DNA from: a virus | Taxonomy: Duplodnaviria; Caudoviricetes | Direction: 5' to 3' (one strand) | Virus record (IMG/VR): IMGVR_UViG_3300022179_000287 | Location: 1-24,789 of that record | DNA: 24,789 nucleotides | Made by a program: the position numbers and the translations under genes | Notes under the pieces: generated by a model | Seen by the model: only the letters and a program-made list of their open reading frames with translations | What the model was told of the DNA's origin: nothing | Databases searched by the model: none | Shown here: positions 7,487 through 15,478 of the stretch, piece after piece | How the letters are laid out: the number at the start of each line of letters is the position of its first letter | Numbering within the stretch: position 1 is the first letter of the stretch

Positions 7487-8301
7487 CAGAGGTCGGATAC
7501 ACCAAGACAATCAAGCCGGTGCGTGATTGGAACGAGCGGGTCTGGCGGCTCATGTTCGCACAGCAGCTCGAGATCACGCGGGGGCGCGTCGATGGCGCGT
7601 CTCCGGTCGTGATCGACGGTTACCTCGTCACCTCTGGAGCCGCGACCGACGTCCTGATCCTCGAGGGTTCGACGATCAAGGATCCGTCGATCGCGCCGGT
7701 CGGCGGTTTGCAGATGTCGATCGTCTCGACCAGCGCGCAAGACGGGGTCAACGGGACAGGCGTCCGCTCGATCGTCGTGAACTACCTCGACGCGGCTCTA
7801 AATCCACAAAGCGAGACCGTCATCCTCAACGGGACGACGCCGGTCCTCACGGTCGCGACCAACATCCGGTGGGTCGGCGAGATCCACCTCCTCACCTACG
7901 GGTCGGGGAAGGAGTTCGCGGGGGATCTCACGGTGACGAACGCGGGGACGCGCTACAAGTTCATCTCGGCAGGATCTCGGACGACGCGCAGCTCCGCCTA
8001 TCGCGTCCCCGCAGGCAAGCGGCTGATCGTTCATACGCTCTACGCCGGGTCGGCGTCGGGCTCGGCAGCGGCGCGGGTCACGGTCGACTTCGCCGCCTCG
8101 GTCATCGACAGCGAGAGCTTCGCCGACAGCGGGCTCCTCGTGACGCAGGGGACGATCGCGCTGCAAGACAGCTCCGTCGTCCTATCGGACGGCGCGCTCT
8201 ACGCGGTTCCGGCGGGCGAGATCGTCGCGCTCCGGGCCACGACGGACAAGGCCGCGACGATCACGGCGGGCGCCTACGGGTGGATCGAAGATGCAGATTG
8301 A
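7483..8301 (+). CDS. Hypothetical beta-rich protein, 272 aa, probably virion-associated
   Basis: ATG 7483 overlaps the upstream stop. T/G/V/S-rich sequence (SIVSTSAQDGVNGTGVRSIVVNYLD...SETVILNGTTPV); located in the head module. Confidence 0.75.
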   Translation: MTEVGYTKTIKPVRDWNERVWRLMFAQQLEITRGRVDGASPVVIDGYLVTSGAATDVLILEGSTIKDPSIAPVGGLQMSIVSTSAQDGVNGTGVRSIVVNYLDAALNPQSETVILNGTTPVLTVATNIRWVGEIHLLTYGSGKEFAGDLTVTNAGTRYKFISAGSRTTRSSAYRVPAGKRLIVHTLYAGSASGSAAARVTVDFAASVIDSESFADSGLLVTQGTIALQDSSVVLSDGALYAVPAGEIVALRATTDKAATITAGAYGWIEDAD

Positions 8302-8316
8302 GGGCGCGCAAAAACT

Positions 8317-8468
8317 GGGAGGGGAGGACAGATTTCCCTATAGTATTCTCCTCTCCTCCCCTCCCTTCGGATCTCCGGTTGGAACCCGAAGGGGAACCCT
8401 GCTATCGCAGGGATACCCCTCTGGGGTTCTGGCCGCTTTTGAGCCCTCCTCGATCTCCTGTCCTCCCA
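8317..8468 (+). promoter_or_regulatory. Structured intergenic leader upstream of the protease-capsid genes
   Basis: Several perfect inverted repeats: 8317-8328/8354-8365 (12 bp), 8363-8370/8386-8393 (8 bp), 8397-8402/8407-8412, 8415-8419/8423-8427 and long-range 8322-8331/8458-8467 (10 bp). Confidence 0.55.
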
Positions 8469-8483
8469 TGAGAAGGATCTGAC

Positions 8484-9653
8484 ATGCCATATCAGACGAA
8501 CGACGATCTCCCGGACGCGGTGAAGCGCGTCCTCCCCTCCGATAAGGCGCGGTCGATCTGGCGGCGCGTCTTCAATGACGGCATGTACCGGGGCTATCAG
8601 GAGGGCCGCGCGTTCGGCGCAGCCTACGCGGCGATCGAGAGCGCGGGCTACAAGAAGGGCGAGGATGGCGTCTACATCGAGAAGGTGGTCGAGAAGGCCG
8701 ACTATGAGGGGCGCAAGGTGCGGCTCGATAAGCCCTTCCGCCTCCCGGCCGGGTCGACCAAGAAGTTCGGCGTCTACGTCAAGGCCGGGGACAAGACGAA
8801 GAAGGTCACGTTCGGCGACCCGAAGATGGAGATCCGCCGAGACGACCCCGAAGCCCGCGCCAATTTCCGCTCGCGGCACTCTTGCGACACGGCGACCGAC
8901 AAGACCTCGGCGCGTTATTGGTCTTGCCGGATGTGGGAAAGCGGAACCTCAGTTTCGGAGATGACCAAGATGGACAACATCGAAAAGCGGCAGATCTCGG
9001 ACGACGTCTTCACGACGGCGATCGAGGCCGTGCAGCGCGCCCACCAGCTCGGGCTCGGGCTGGTCGCGCATATGACCGAGGGGCCGGACGGGCAGGCGTT
9101 CTATATGCCCGGCGCGACCCATGAGGACTATCTCGCCTTCGTCGGCGAGGCCGGGCTCGTCATGCCGGAGAGCCTCGACGCCAAGCAGCCGGAGGTCGAG
9201 GATCCGACCGAGGATCTGATCGAGGTCGTGATCGAGGCCGCGATCGGCGCGATCCTCGAGGCCACGATGGAGAAGCGCGCGTCGAAGATCATCAAGCTCG
9301 ACGACGAGGCGCGGATCGTCTGGGGCTGGGCTTCGGTCGTCTCGATCGACGGCAAGCCAATGGTCGACCGGCAGGGGGATATCATCTCGGCCGAGGTCAT
9401 GACGAAGGCCGCAGATAATTTTATGGCCGACGTGCGGACCGCCAAGGCGATGCACGAAGGCGGCAAGATCGGGGAGGTCATCCACTCTTTCCCGCTCACA
9501 AAGGCCCTCGGAGAGGCTCTCGGCGTATATTCTGCGCTCGAGGGCTGGGTCGTGGCTATGAAAGTGCACGACGATGATGTATGGAATAGGGTCAAGAGCG
9601 GTGAGCTGGCCGCTTTCTCGATTGGAGGCATGGGGAAAAGAAATGCCGTATAA
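8484..9653 (+). CDS. Multidomain prohead protease: ChaB-like N-terminus, basic RH-C/WSC domain, XkdF-like (S78-type) serine protease C-terminus
   Basis: MPYQTNDDLPDAVKRVLP...IWRRVFN...AYAAI is ChaB-like. Middle domain VTFGDP...NFRSRHSCD...ARYWSCRMW. Protease motifs IVWGWASV, DRQGDII, MH, GWVV and VKSGELAAFSIGG. Confidence 0.82.
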   Translation: MPYQTNDDLPDAVKRVLPSDKARSIWRRVFNDGMYRGYQEGRAFGAAYAAIESAGYKKGEDGVYIEKVVEKADYEGRKVRLDKPFRLPAGSTKKFGVYVKAGDKTKKVTFGDPKMEIRRDDPEARANFRSRHSCDTATDKTSARYWSCRMWESGTSVSEMTKMDNIEKRQISDDVFTTAIEAVQRAHQLGLGLVAHMTEGPDGQAFYMPGATHEDYLAFVGEAGLVMPESLDAKQPEVEDPTEDLIEVVIEAAIGAILEATMEKRASKIIKLDDEARIVWGWASVVSIDGKPMVDRQGDIISAEVMTKAADNFMADVRTAKAMHEGGKIGEVIHSFPLTKALGEALGVYSALEGWVVAMKVHDDDVWNRVKSGELAAFSIGGMGKRNAV

Positions 9654-10482
9654 CGTCACCGACCTCGAGCTGATCGAGCTCTCGCTGGTCGACGAGCCCG
9701 CGAACCCCGCAGCCCGCGTCGTCATGTTCAAGCGTGACACCATGCCGGACGAGGACAAAATCAAAGAATTGATCGAAGGGGGGATGTCGGAAGACGAAGC
9801 CCGCGATCAGGTTGCGCGCATGAGGCGCAACAAGGGGGCCGGACCGACCGGCGATCTGGGCAAAGGAGACAATTCAATGTCCGATCAAGAGAAGCGCCTC
9901 GACGAGCTCGAGGCCGCGAACAAGCGTCTCGAAGGTTCGGTCGACGCGCTTGTGAAGTCGCTCGAGAGCGAGGGCTACGTCGTCCAGATAGCGGACGCCG
10001 CCGTCACCGTCGAAAAGCGCAAGGCCGAAGACTACATCGAGGTCGGCGGAGAGATGGTCCTCAAGAGCGCGCTTCCCGCAAGCGTCCTCTCGGTGATCTC
10101 AAAGCAGGCTGACGAGCTCGCCGCCGTCAACAAGAAGCTGGAAGCCGAGGAGCTGACGAAGCGGGTGACCGCCGAGATCCCGCACCTCTCGGGCGACGCT
10201 GCGGTCAAGGGCGCGGTTCTCAAGGCGATCGACGCGATCGCGGACGAGGCCGTTCGCAAGGCCGCTCACGCCATGCTGAAAGGCGCGAACGCCGTCGCCT
10301 CGAAGCTGACCCGCGAGTTCGGCACCGTCGCTCCGCAAGAGACCGACGCCATGACCGAGCTCAACAAGATGGCCGAAGATTACTCCGCCGAGAAGAAGGT
10401 CACGTTCGCCAAGGCATTCGCCGAGGTGACCAAGACCGGACGCGGCGCGGAGCTCTTCGCAAAACGCAACCACGTGCAGTAA
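9643..10482 (+). CDS. Capsid scaffolding protein with N-terminal protease-like ELSLVDEPAN motif; probable internal start at 9877
   Basis: Helical, E/K/A-rich protein between protease and capsid genes. ATG 9643 overlaps the protease end. AAAGGAG RBS precedes in-frame ATG 9877. Confidence 0.8.
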   Translation: MPYNVTDLELIELSLVDEPANPAARVVMFKRDTMPDEDKIKELIEGGMSEDEARDQVARMRRNKGAGPTGDLGKGDNSMSDQEKRLDELEAANKRLEGSVDALVKSLESEGYVVQIADAAVTVEKRKAEDYIEVGGEMVLKSALPASVLSVISKQADELAAVNKKLEAEELTKRVTAEIPHLSGDAAVKGAVLKAIDAIADEAVRKAAHAMLKGANAVASKLTREFGTVAPQETDAMTELNKMAEDYSAEKKVTFAKAFAEVTKTGRGAELFAKRNHVQ

Positions 10483-10494
10483 GGAGGCCGCGAG

Positions 10495-10863
10495 ATGGCA
10501 ACCCAAGACAACATGCTGACTGTTACGCTCGAGGCCGGTGCAGACCTCTCGGCGAAGCAGTTCTATTTCGTGTCCGTCGCGTCGGATGGTCAGATCGACC
10601 CCACCGGTGACGGTCTCGACGCGGACGGCGTCCTGCAAGACGCTCCCGCCGCCGCCGGGCGCGCTGCGCTCGTGGCGATCGCCGGTAAGGTCAAGGTCGT
10701 TTGCGGTGGCGTCGTCACTCGCGGCGGTCCCGTGGCCTCGGACGCGGACGGCAAAGCCGTGAACGCCGGGACCGGGGACATCATCCTCGGCGTGGCCCTT
10801 GAAACTGGCGCTTCTGGCCGGATCATCGAGATCCTGTTCCAGCCGCGCGGCGCAGCAGCCTAA
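10495..10863 (+). CDS. Head decoration/cement protein (DUF2190-like)
   Basis: AAGGAGG RBS. Small G/A/V-rich protein with GVLQ, VASDADGKAV and GVALE motifs, adjacent to the major capsid gene. Confidence 0.78.
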   Translation: MATQDNMLTVTLEAGADLSAKQFYFVSVASDGQIDPTGDGLDADGVLQDAPAAAGRAALVAIAGKVKVVCGGVVTRGGPVASDADGKAVNAGTGDIILGVALETGASGRIIEILFQPRGAAA

Positions 10864-10880
10864 GGTCAGGAGACTAAATC

Positions 10881-11873
10881 ATGACGCAACCCACCGTCGG
10901 CTCGTTCCATATCGACGCAGCCCTCACCAACATCTCCGTGGCAATGCTGCAAAACCCGCAGGGCTTCATCGCCTCGCGCGTTTTCCAGAACATCCCGGTG
11001 CAGAAGCAGTCGGACAAATACTTCACGTTCGACCGCTCTTACTTCAACCGCAACGGCGCTAAGAAGCGCGCCGCCGGTGCTCGTGTCGCCGAGGTGGGCT
11101 ATGCCCTCTCGAACGACAGCTACTTCTGCGAAGAGTATGGCGTCGCGATCCCGATCCCCGATCAGGTCCGCGCCAACGCTGACCCGGCCGCAGATCCGGC
11201 CCGTGCAGCCGCAGAGCTGGCGACCCACCAGATGCTTATCAACAAGGAGACCGACTTCTCGTCGTCCTTCTTCTCGACCGGGCTCTGGGGCACCGACATC
11301 TCCGGCGTCACATCCTCGCCCTCCTCGGGTCAGGTCATCAAGTGGTCGGACACCACCTCGGGCGACCCGATCGGCAACGTGCGGACCGGCATCGACACGA
11401 TCCTCGGATCGACCGGTGTCAAGCCGAACGTGATGGTCATGGGCCGTCAGGTCTACTCGGCTCTGATCGACCACCCGGACGTCCAAGGCCGGATCAACGG
11501 CGGCGCGACCACTTCGCAGCCCTCGATCGCTTCGCTGAACCTGCTCGCGCAGATCTTCGAGGTCGACGAGGTGATGGTCGGCGAGGCTATCCAGAACACC
11601 GCAGCAGAGGGCGACACCGCCGCTCACTCGTTCATTCTGGGCAAGAAGTGCCTTCTGACCTACCGTCCGCCGAGCCCGGGCATCATGACCCCGGCCGCAG
11701 GCTATACCTTCTCGTGGGCCGGTTACCTCGGCGGCACGAACGAGTATGGCTTCGTCGTCGACACCAAGCGTCGCGATGAAGAAGACACCGACGTGGTCCG
11801 CGCTCGCGCACACTACGATCACAAGCTGGTGTCCTCGGCTCTGGGCTTCTTCTGGGACGCGATCGTCGCATGA
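10881..11873 (+). CDS. Major capsid protein (HK97 fold)
   Basis: 330 aa, CAGGAG RBS. N-terminal HIDAALTNISVA...FIASRVF..IPVQKQSDKY; internal KWSD..SGDPI, PNVMVMG and PAAGYTF. Position after scaffold. Confidence 0.9.
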   Translation: MTQPTVGSFHIDAALTNISVAMLQNPQGFIASRVFQNIPVQKQSDKYFTFDRSYFNRNGAKKRAAGARVAEVGYALSNDSYFCEEYGVAIPIPDQVRANADPAADPARAAAELATHQMLINKETDFSSSFFSTGLWGTDISGVTSSPSSGQVIKWSDTTSGDPIGNVRTGIDTILGSTGVKPNVMVMGRQVYSALIDHPDVQGRINGGATTSQPSIASLNLLAQIFEVDEVMVGEAIQNTAAEGDTAAHSFILGKKCLLTYRPPSPGIMTPAAGYTFSWAGYLGGTNEYGFVVDTKRRDEEDTDVVRARAHYDHKLVSSALGFFWDAIVA

Positions 11874-12160
11874 TGACCCTCGAGCAGAGATCTTTCCAGA
11901 AATCGGACCCGCTCTTCGCGTTCCGCTCGTTCGTGGCTCACGGACGTCGGTTCAACCGAGGCGCGGCGTTCGATTGGCAAGCCCTCGGGATTGCCGCCGA
12001 AAAGGTCGAGCTCCTATTCCGGGCTGGCAAGGTTCGCCATTACCAGCCCGGGAACCCTGAAATCGACCTCAGTGAAAAAGGTCTCGGCGAGAAGCTCGCC
12101 GAGGACGTCCCGGATCCCGCACCGGCCAAGAAGGCCAAAGCGAAGAAGGTGGCAGAATGA
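11870..12160 (+). CDS. Small protein following the capsid gene, 96 aa, with basic C-terminal tail
   Basis: ATGA-coupled on both sides; ends PAPAKKAKAKKVAE. Confidence 0.75.
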   Translation: MMTLEQRSFQKSDPLFAFRSFVAHGRRFNRGAAFDWQALGIAAEKVELLFRAGKVRHYQPGNPEIDLSEKGLGEKLAEDVPDPAPAKKAKAKKVAE

Positions 12161-12615
12161 CGTGGACCTACGGGGGAGCGCCCGGCACAACGACCTCGGC
12201 GACGCGGCGCGACGCCGTGCGCCTCCTCGTAGGTGACACCGACACCACCGATCAACAGATCACCGACGAAGAGATCGCCTTCGGGCTCTCTCAGGCGTCG
12301 GACGACATTTACAACGCGAGCGCGCTCCTTTGCCGGGCGCTCTCGGGCAAATATGCCCGGCTCGTGGACACGAGCGTCGAGAGCGTCTCGTCCTCCTACT
12401 CGCAGCGCGCCAAGCAATACGCCGAGCTCGCCGTCCGCCTCACCAAAGAGGGCAAGCGGATGGGCTCCGTGGGGCTGGGCGTGCCGGTGGCGGGCGGGAT
12501 GTCGATCAGCGAGATGGAAGGCGTCGAGACCGACACCGATCGCGTCCCCTCGGCGTTCCGGGTCGACCAGTTCAGCAACCCGCCGCGCTTCGACCCTATG
12601 CTTGACGAGGACTGA
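12157..12615 (+). CDS. Head-tail adaptor/connector protein
   Basis: MTWTY...DAVRLLVGDTD...ITDEEI motif of adaptor proteins; synteny. Confidence 0.78.
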   Translation: MTWTYGGAPGTTTSATRRDAVRLLVGDTDTTDQQITDEEIAFGLSQASDDIYNASALLCRALSGKYARLVDTSVESVSSSYSQRAKQYAELAVRLTKEGKRMGSVGLGVPVAGGMSISEMEGVETDTDRVPSAFRVDQFSNPPRFDPMLDED

Positions 12616-12620
12616 TCGAG

Positions 12621-12998
12621 ATGGCGACCGGCGCGCAGATGCAGAGGGACGTCGTCGCGCTTCTCCGGGAGCACGGCTACGATCTCACCTTCCGCCGTCC
12701 GAGCAATGGCGGATCCTACAACCCGGCGACCGGCGCGGTCTCGGGCGGATCGAACGCCGACGAGACGGCGCGGGTCGTCTTCCTGAATTACACCTCCCGC
12801 GACATCGACGGCACGCTCGTGCAGCGCGGCGACCGCAAGGCGGTGATGGCCGCGACCTATAACGGGACCGCGCTCTCGAAGACCCCGCAGCTCGACGACG
12901 AGCTGCGCGGCGAGGGCGACGCGGTGCGGATCGTCTCGGTCCAGACGATCAAGAGCGGATCCTCGATCCTCGCCTATGTATGCCAAGCGAGGGAATGA
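12621..12998 (+). CDS. Head closure (stopper) protein
   Basis: YNPATG, IDGTLVQRGDRK and C-terminal YVCQAR; synteny. Confidence 0.72.
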   Translation: MATGAQMQRDVVALLREHGYDLTFRRPSNGGSYNPATGAVSGGSNADETARVVFLNYTSRDIDGTLVQRGDRKAVMAATYNGTALSKTPQLDDELRGEGDAVRIVSVQTIKSGSSILAYVCQARE

Positions 12999-13432
12999 TG
13001 GCGAACGGACAGATCCTCCGGCAGATCACGGTCGACCTCGACAAGATCGCAGAGAAGGCGGGCGTGACGGTCGCGCAGGCGCGCAACGAATACCTAAACC
13101 GGCTCTCGCTTGAGGTCGTGCGGGGCACGCCGGTGAAGACCGGGAGGCTCAGGGCGTCGTGGTTTCTCTCCCCGACGCTCACCGGGTCTCCCGGCGCTTC
13201 CGCAGGAGAGGTTACCGCAGGCGCGCCGGGCGCGACGCTCGCGCGCCTCTCCGGGCAGTCGGGCGCGCTCGCGAACCTCGACGGTTCAATCTACCTCCTA
13301 AACGGCGCGAATTATGCGATCTACGTCGAGGCGCGCACGCAGTTCCTCCGCAAGGTGCTCGCGCGCTCGAGGGCGATTGCGAACGCCGTGGTGGCCGATA
13401 TTAAGAACATCAAGGCCACGGGGATCCCATGA
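12995..13432 (+). CDS. HK97 gp10-like neck/tail completion protein
   Basis: TPVKTGRLRASW and NGANYAIYVE motifs. Start at 12995 or 12998. Confidence 0.8.
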   Translation: MMANGQILRQITVDLDKIAEKAGVTVAQARNEYLNRLSLEVVRGTPVKTGRLRASWFLSPTLTGSPGASAGEVTAGAPGATLARLSGQSGALANLDGSIYLLNGANYAIYVEARTQFLRKVLARSRAIANAVVADIKNIKATGIP

Positions 13433-13848
13433 CCGTTATGAACGACATCCGCGCGGCGCTCGAGCAACAGATCGCCAACGTCTCGGGGATCCCGTCCTCG
13501 AGCAACCGCGCTTGGGAGAACGTCCGGTTCACCCCGACGACCAACACCGCTTGGGTCCGCATGGCGCTCGTTCCCGTGACGAGCCGCCCGGCCGTGCGCG
13601 GGCCAAACCCTCAGATCCGGCACGACGGGAGCTTCCTCGTGACCGCGCATCTCCCGGAGGGCTCAGGACCGGCCGCAGCCGACGCTCTGGCGGACGCGAT
13701 CCGCGCCGCCTTCACAGTCGATACCGGGCTGACATCCGGCGCGGTGACCGTGCGGTTCAACTATTCTGAGCGCGGGATCGCCGTGCTCGATGCGCCGTGG
13801 TATATCGTCACGGTCTCGATCTCGTGGTATACCTACACCAGCTCATAA
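13429..13848 (+). CDS. Tail terminator protein
   Basis: AWENVRFTP...WVR and C-terminal WYIVTVSISW; directly before the tail tube gene. Confidence 0.75.
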   Translation: MTVMNDIRAALEQQIANVSGIPSSSNRAWENVRFTPTTNTAWVRMALVPVTSRPAVRGPNPQIRHDGSFLVTAHLPEGSGPAAADALADAIRAAFTVDTGLTSGAVTVRFNYSERGIAVLDAPWYIVTVSISWYTYTSS

Positions 13849-13863
13849 AAGGAGGGCTCGAAA

Positions 13864-14775
13864 ATGGCTTTTGCACAGGGTTCCAGAACGCAGCTCGCCT
13901 ATGTGGTCGAGAGCACCTACGGCACGACACCCGGGACGCCTGCGATGGTTTCGCTTCCGTTCAACACGCACTCGGTCGATCTTAGCAAGACCCGCGTTCA
14001 GTCGGCGGAGATCACGCCGGACCGTATGCCGCGCATCGACCGGCACGGGCAGCGCACGGTCTCCGGAGACATCGCCGTCGAGATGCGCCCGGCGGATTAT
14101 GACTTCCTTCTCGAAGGCGCGCTCTTCGGCGCTTTCTCGAGCAACGTCCTGAACACCGGCACGACCGTGAAGTCGTTTACGCTCGAGGACGGCGCTCTCG
14201 ACATCACGCAGTATCGCGCCTTCGCGGGCTGCATGGTCAACACGATGCAGATGTCGATCGCGCCGAACCAGATGACGACCGCGACCTTCGGGATCATCGG
14301 CAAGAACATGACCCAGAGCACGAGCCCGCTCGACGCGAGCTTGACCGCAGCCTCTGGGAACGAGCCCTTCGACAGCTTCTCGGGCACGATCGAGGAGGGC
14401 GGATCCGCGATCGCCTGTGTCAATTCGATCGACTTCACGCTCAACAACAACCTCAATCCGACGTTCGCGCTCGGGGCGGTAGCAACGCCGCAGATGGAGT
14501 TCGGGATGTCGTCGCTCGAGGGCACGATGACCGTCTTCTATCAGGACGCGGCGCTCATCACCAAGTTCCTGAACGAGACCGAGAGCTCCTTGCAGATCGT
14601 CCTCGATGATCGCGTGGCCGGGCTGAACTACACGCTCCTGATGCCTCGGATCAAGATCAACGGCGCGGCCGTTCCGGTCGGGAGCCCGACCTCGCGTCTC
14701 ATGACGGTCCCGTTCGTCGCGCTTCGCGACAGCTCGACCGGCACGCAGCTCAGGATCACCCGCACGACCTCATAA
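13864..14775 (+). CDS. Major tail tube protein
   Basis: 303 aa, AAGGAGG RBS. MAFAQGSRTQLAYVVESTYGTTP, SAEI..DR, and YRAFAGCMVNTM. Confidence 0.88.
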   Translation: MAFAQGSRTQLAYVVESTYGTTPGTPAMVSLPFNTHSVDLSKTRVQSAEITPDRMPRIDRHGQRTVSGDIAVEMRPADYDFLLEGALFGAFSSNVLNTGTTVKSFTLEDGALDITQYRAFAGCMVNTMQMSIAPNQMTTATFGIIGKNMTQSTSPLDASLTAASGNEPFDSFSGTIEEGGSAIACVNSIDFTLNNNLNPTFALGAVATPQMEFGMSSLEGTMTVFYQDAALITKFLNETESSLQIVLDDRVAGLNYTLLMPRIKINGAAVPVGSPTSRLMTVPFVALRDSSTGTQLRITRTTS

Positions 14776-14786
14776 AAGGGCTTCTG

Positions 14787-15155
14787 ATGGACCTCTACGA
14801 CCTCACCTTCCGCGACACCTACACCTATCAGATCTTGCACCCCATCACGAAGGAACCCGTCCAGAACGCGGACGCGTCTCCCCAGTGGGTCGAGATCTAC
14901 GGGGCGGACACCAAGCAGTATCGGAACGCACTCGCCGAGGTGGCACGCCTCGGGCTCGAGGATCCGACCGAGAAGCTCATTGCGTTCCTCGGCCGGATCA
15001 CGGCGCGCTGGGCGATCACCGCCGGGGGCGAGCGCCCGGACGTGAAAGACGCCGCCGAGATCTATCCCAAGTTCCCGGCGTGGCTGCGCGACGACATCTT
15101 CTCGGCCGCGTCGACCCGCGCAAATTTTTTCGGCGAGACCTCGGCGAGCTCCTAA
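14787..15155 (+). CDS. Tail assembly chaperone (gpG-like)
   Basis: Lies between tail tube and tape measure; ends ...RANFF at a slippery site. Confidence 0.82.
   Translation: MDLYDLTFRDTYTYQILHPITKEPVQNADASPQWVEIYGADTKQYRNALAEVARLGLEDPTEKLIAFLGRITARWAITAGGERPDVKDAAEIYPKFPAWLRDDIFSAASTRANFFGETSASS
15122..15131 (+). other. Programmed -1 ribosomal frameshift site (A AAT TTT / T TTT TTC)
   Basis: Two overlapping in-frame X XXY YYZ heptamers. The -1 frame stays open to 15478. Confidence 0.85.
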
Positions 15156-15478
15156 AGCACGCCGAGGGCGTCTTCCGGCTCTCGCAGAAGGACAAGGACG
15201 GGATCTCGCTGCGCGAGCATTACGAGCAGGTCGAGAAGACGACCGGGATCCGGCCGCACGAGCTCGACGTCCCGCCCTTGCCAGAGACGACCACGGAATT
15301 CTGGGCAGTGTTTTTACGCTTGCACCGCTCGCGGCAGGCTGATGCGCCGATAGCCTTTTCCGAGGTCTTGGCGTATAGTCGCCTCACCGGGCGGATCTTC
15401 ACGCCCCTCGAGGTCGACGCGATCTCGGAACTCGATGCTCTGTGGCACCAAGAGAGGGCGAAGAAGTGGAAGACATAG
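15125..15478 (+). CDS. Tail assembly chaperone, frameshift extension (gpT-like part of the gpGT fusion 14787-15478)
   Basis: The -1 frame encodes LREHYEQ...PPLP...WAVFLRLHRSR...PIAFSEVLAYSRL...EVDAISELD and has no own start codon near the slip site. Confidence 0.8.
   Translation, partial: FFRRDLGELLKHAEGVFRLSQKDKDGISLREHYEQVEKTTGIRPHELDVPPLPETTTEFWAVFLRLHRSRQADAPIAFSEVLAYSRLTGRIFTPLEVDAISELDALWHQERAKKWKT

Noticed and set aside
8317-8430. Rho-independent terminator
   Set aside because: The hairpins are not directly followed by a convincing U-tract on the + strand. Kept as an unspecified structured region.
13842-14779. 11-bp direct repeat CTCATAAAAGG flanking the tail tube gene; also CTAAATCATG at 10874 and 17631
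   Set aside because: Explained by stop codon, RBS and start codon constraints. Too short to support a recombination or operator site.
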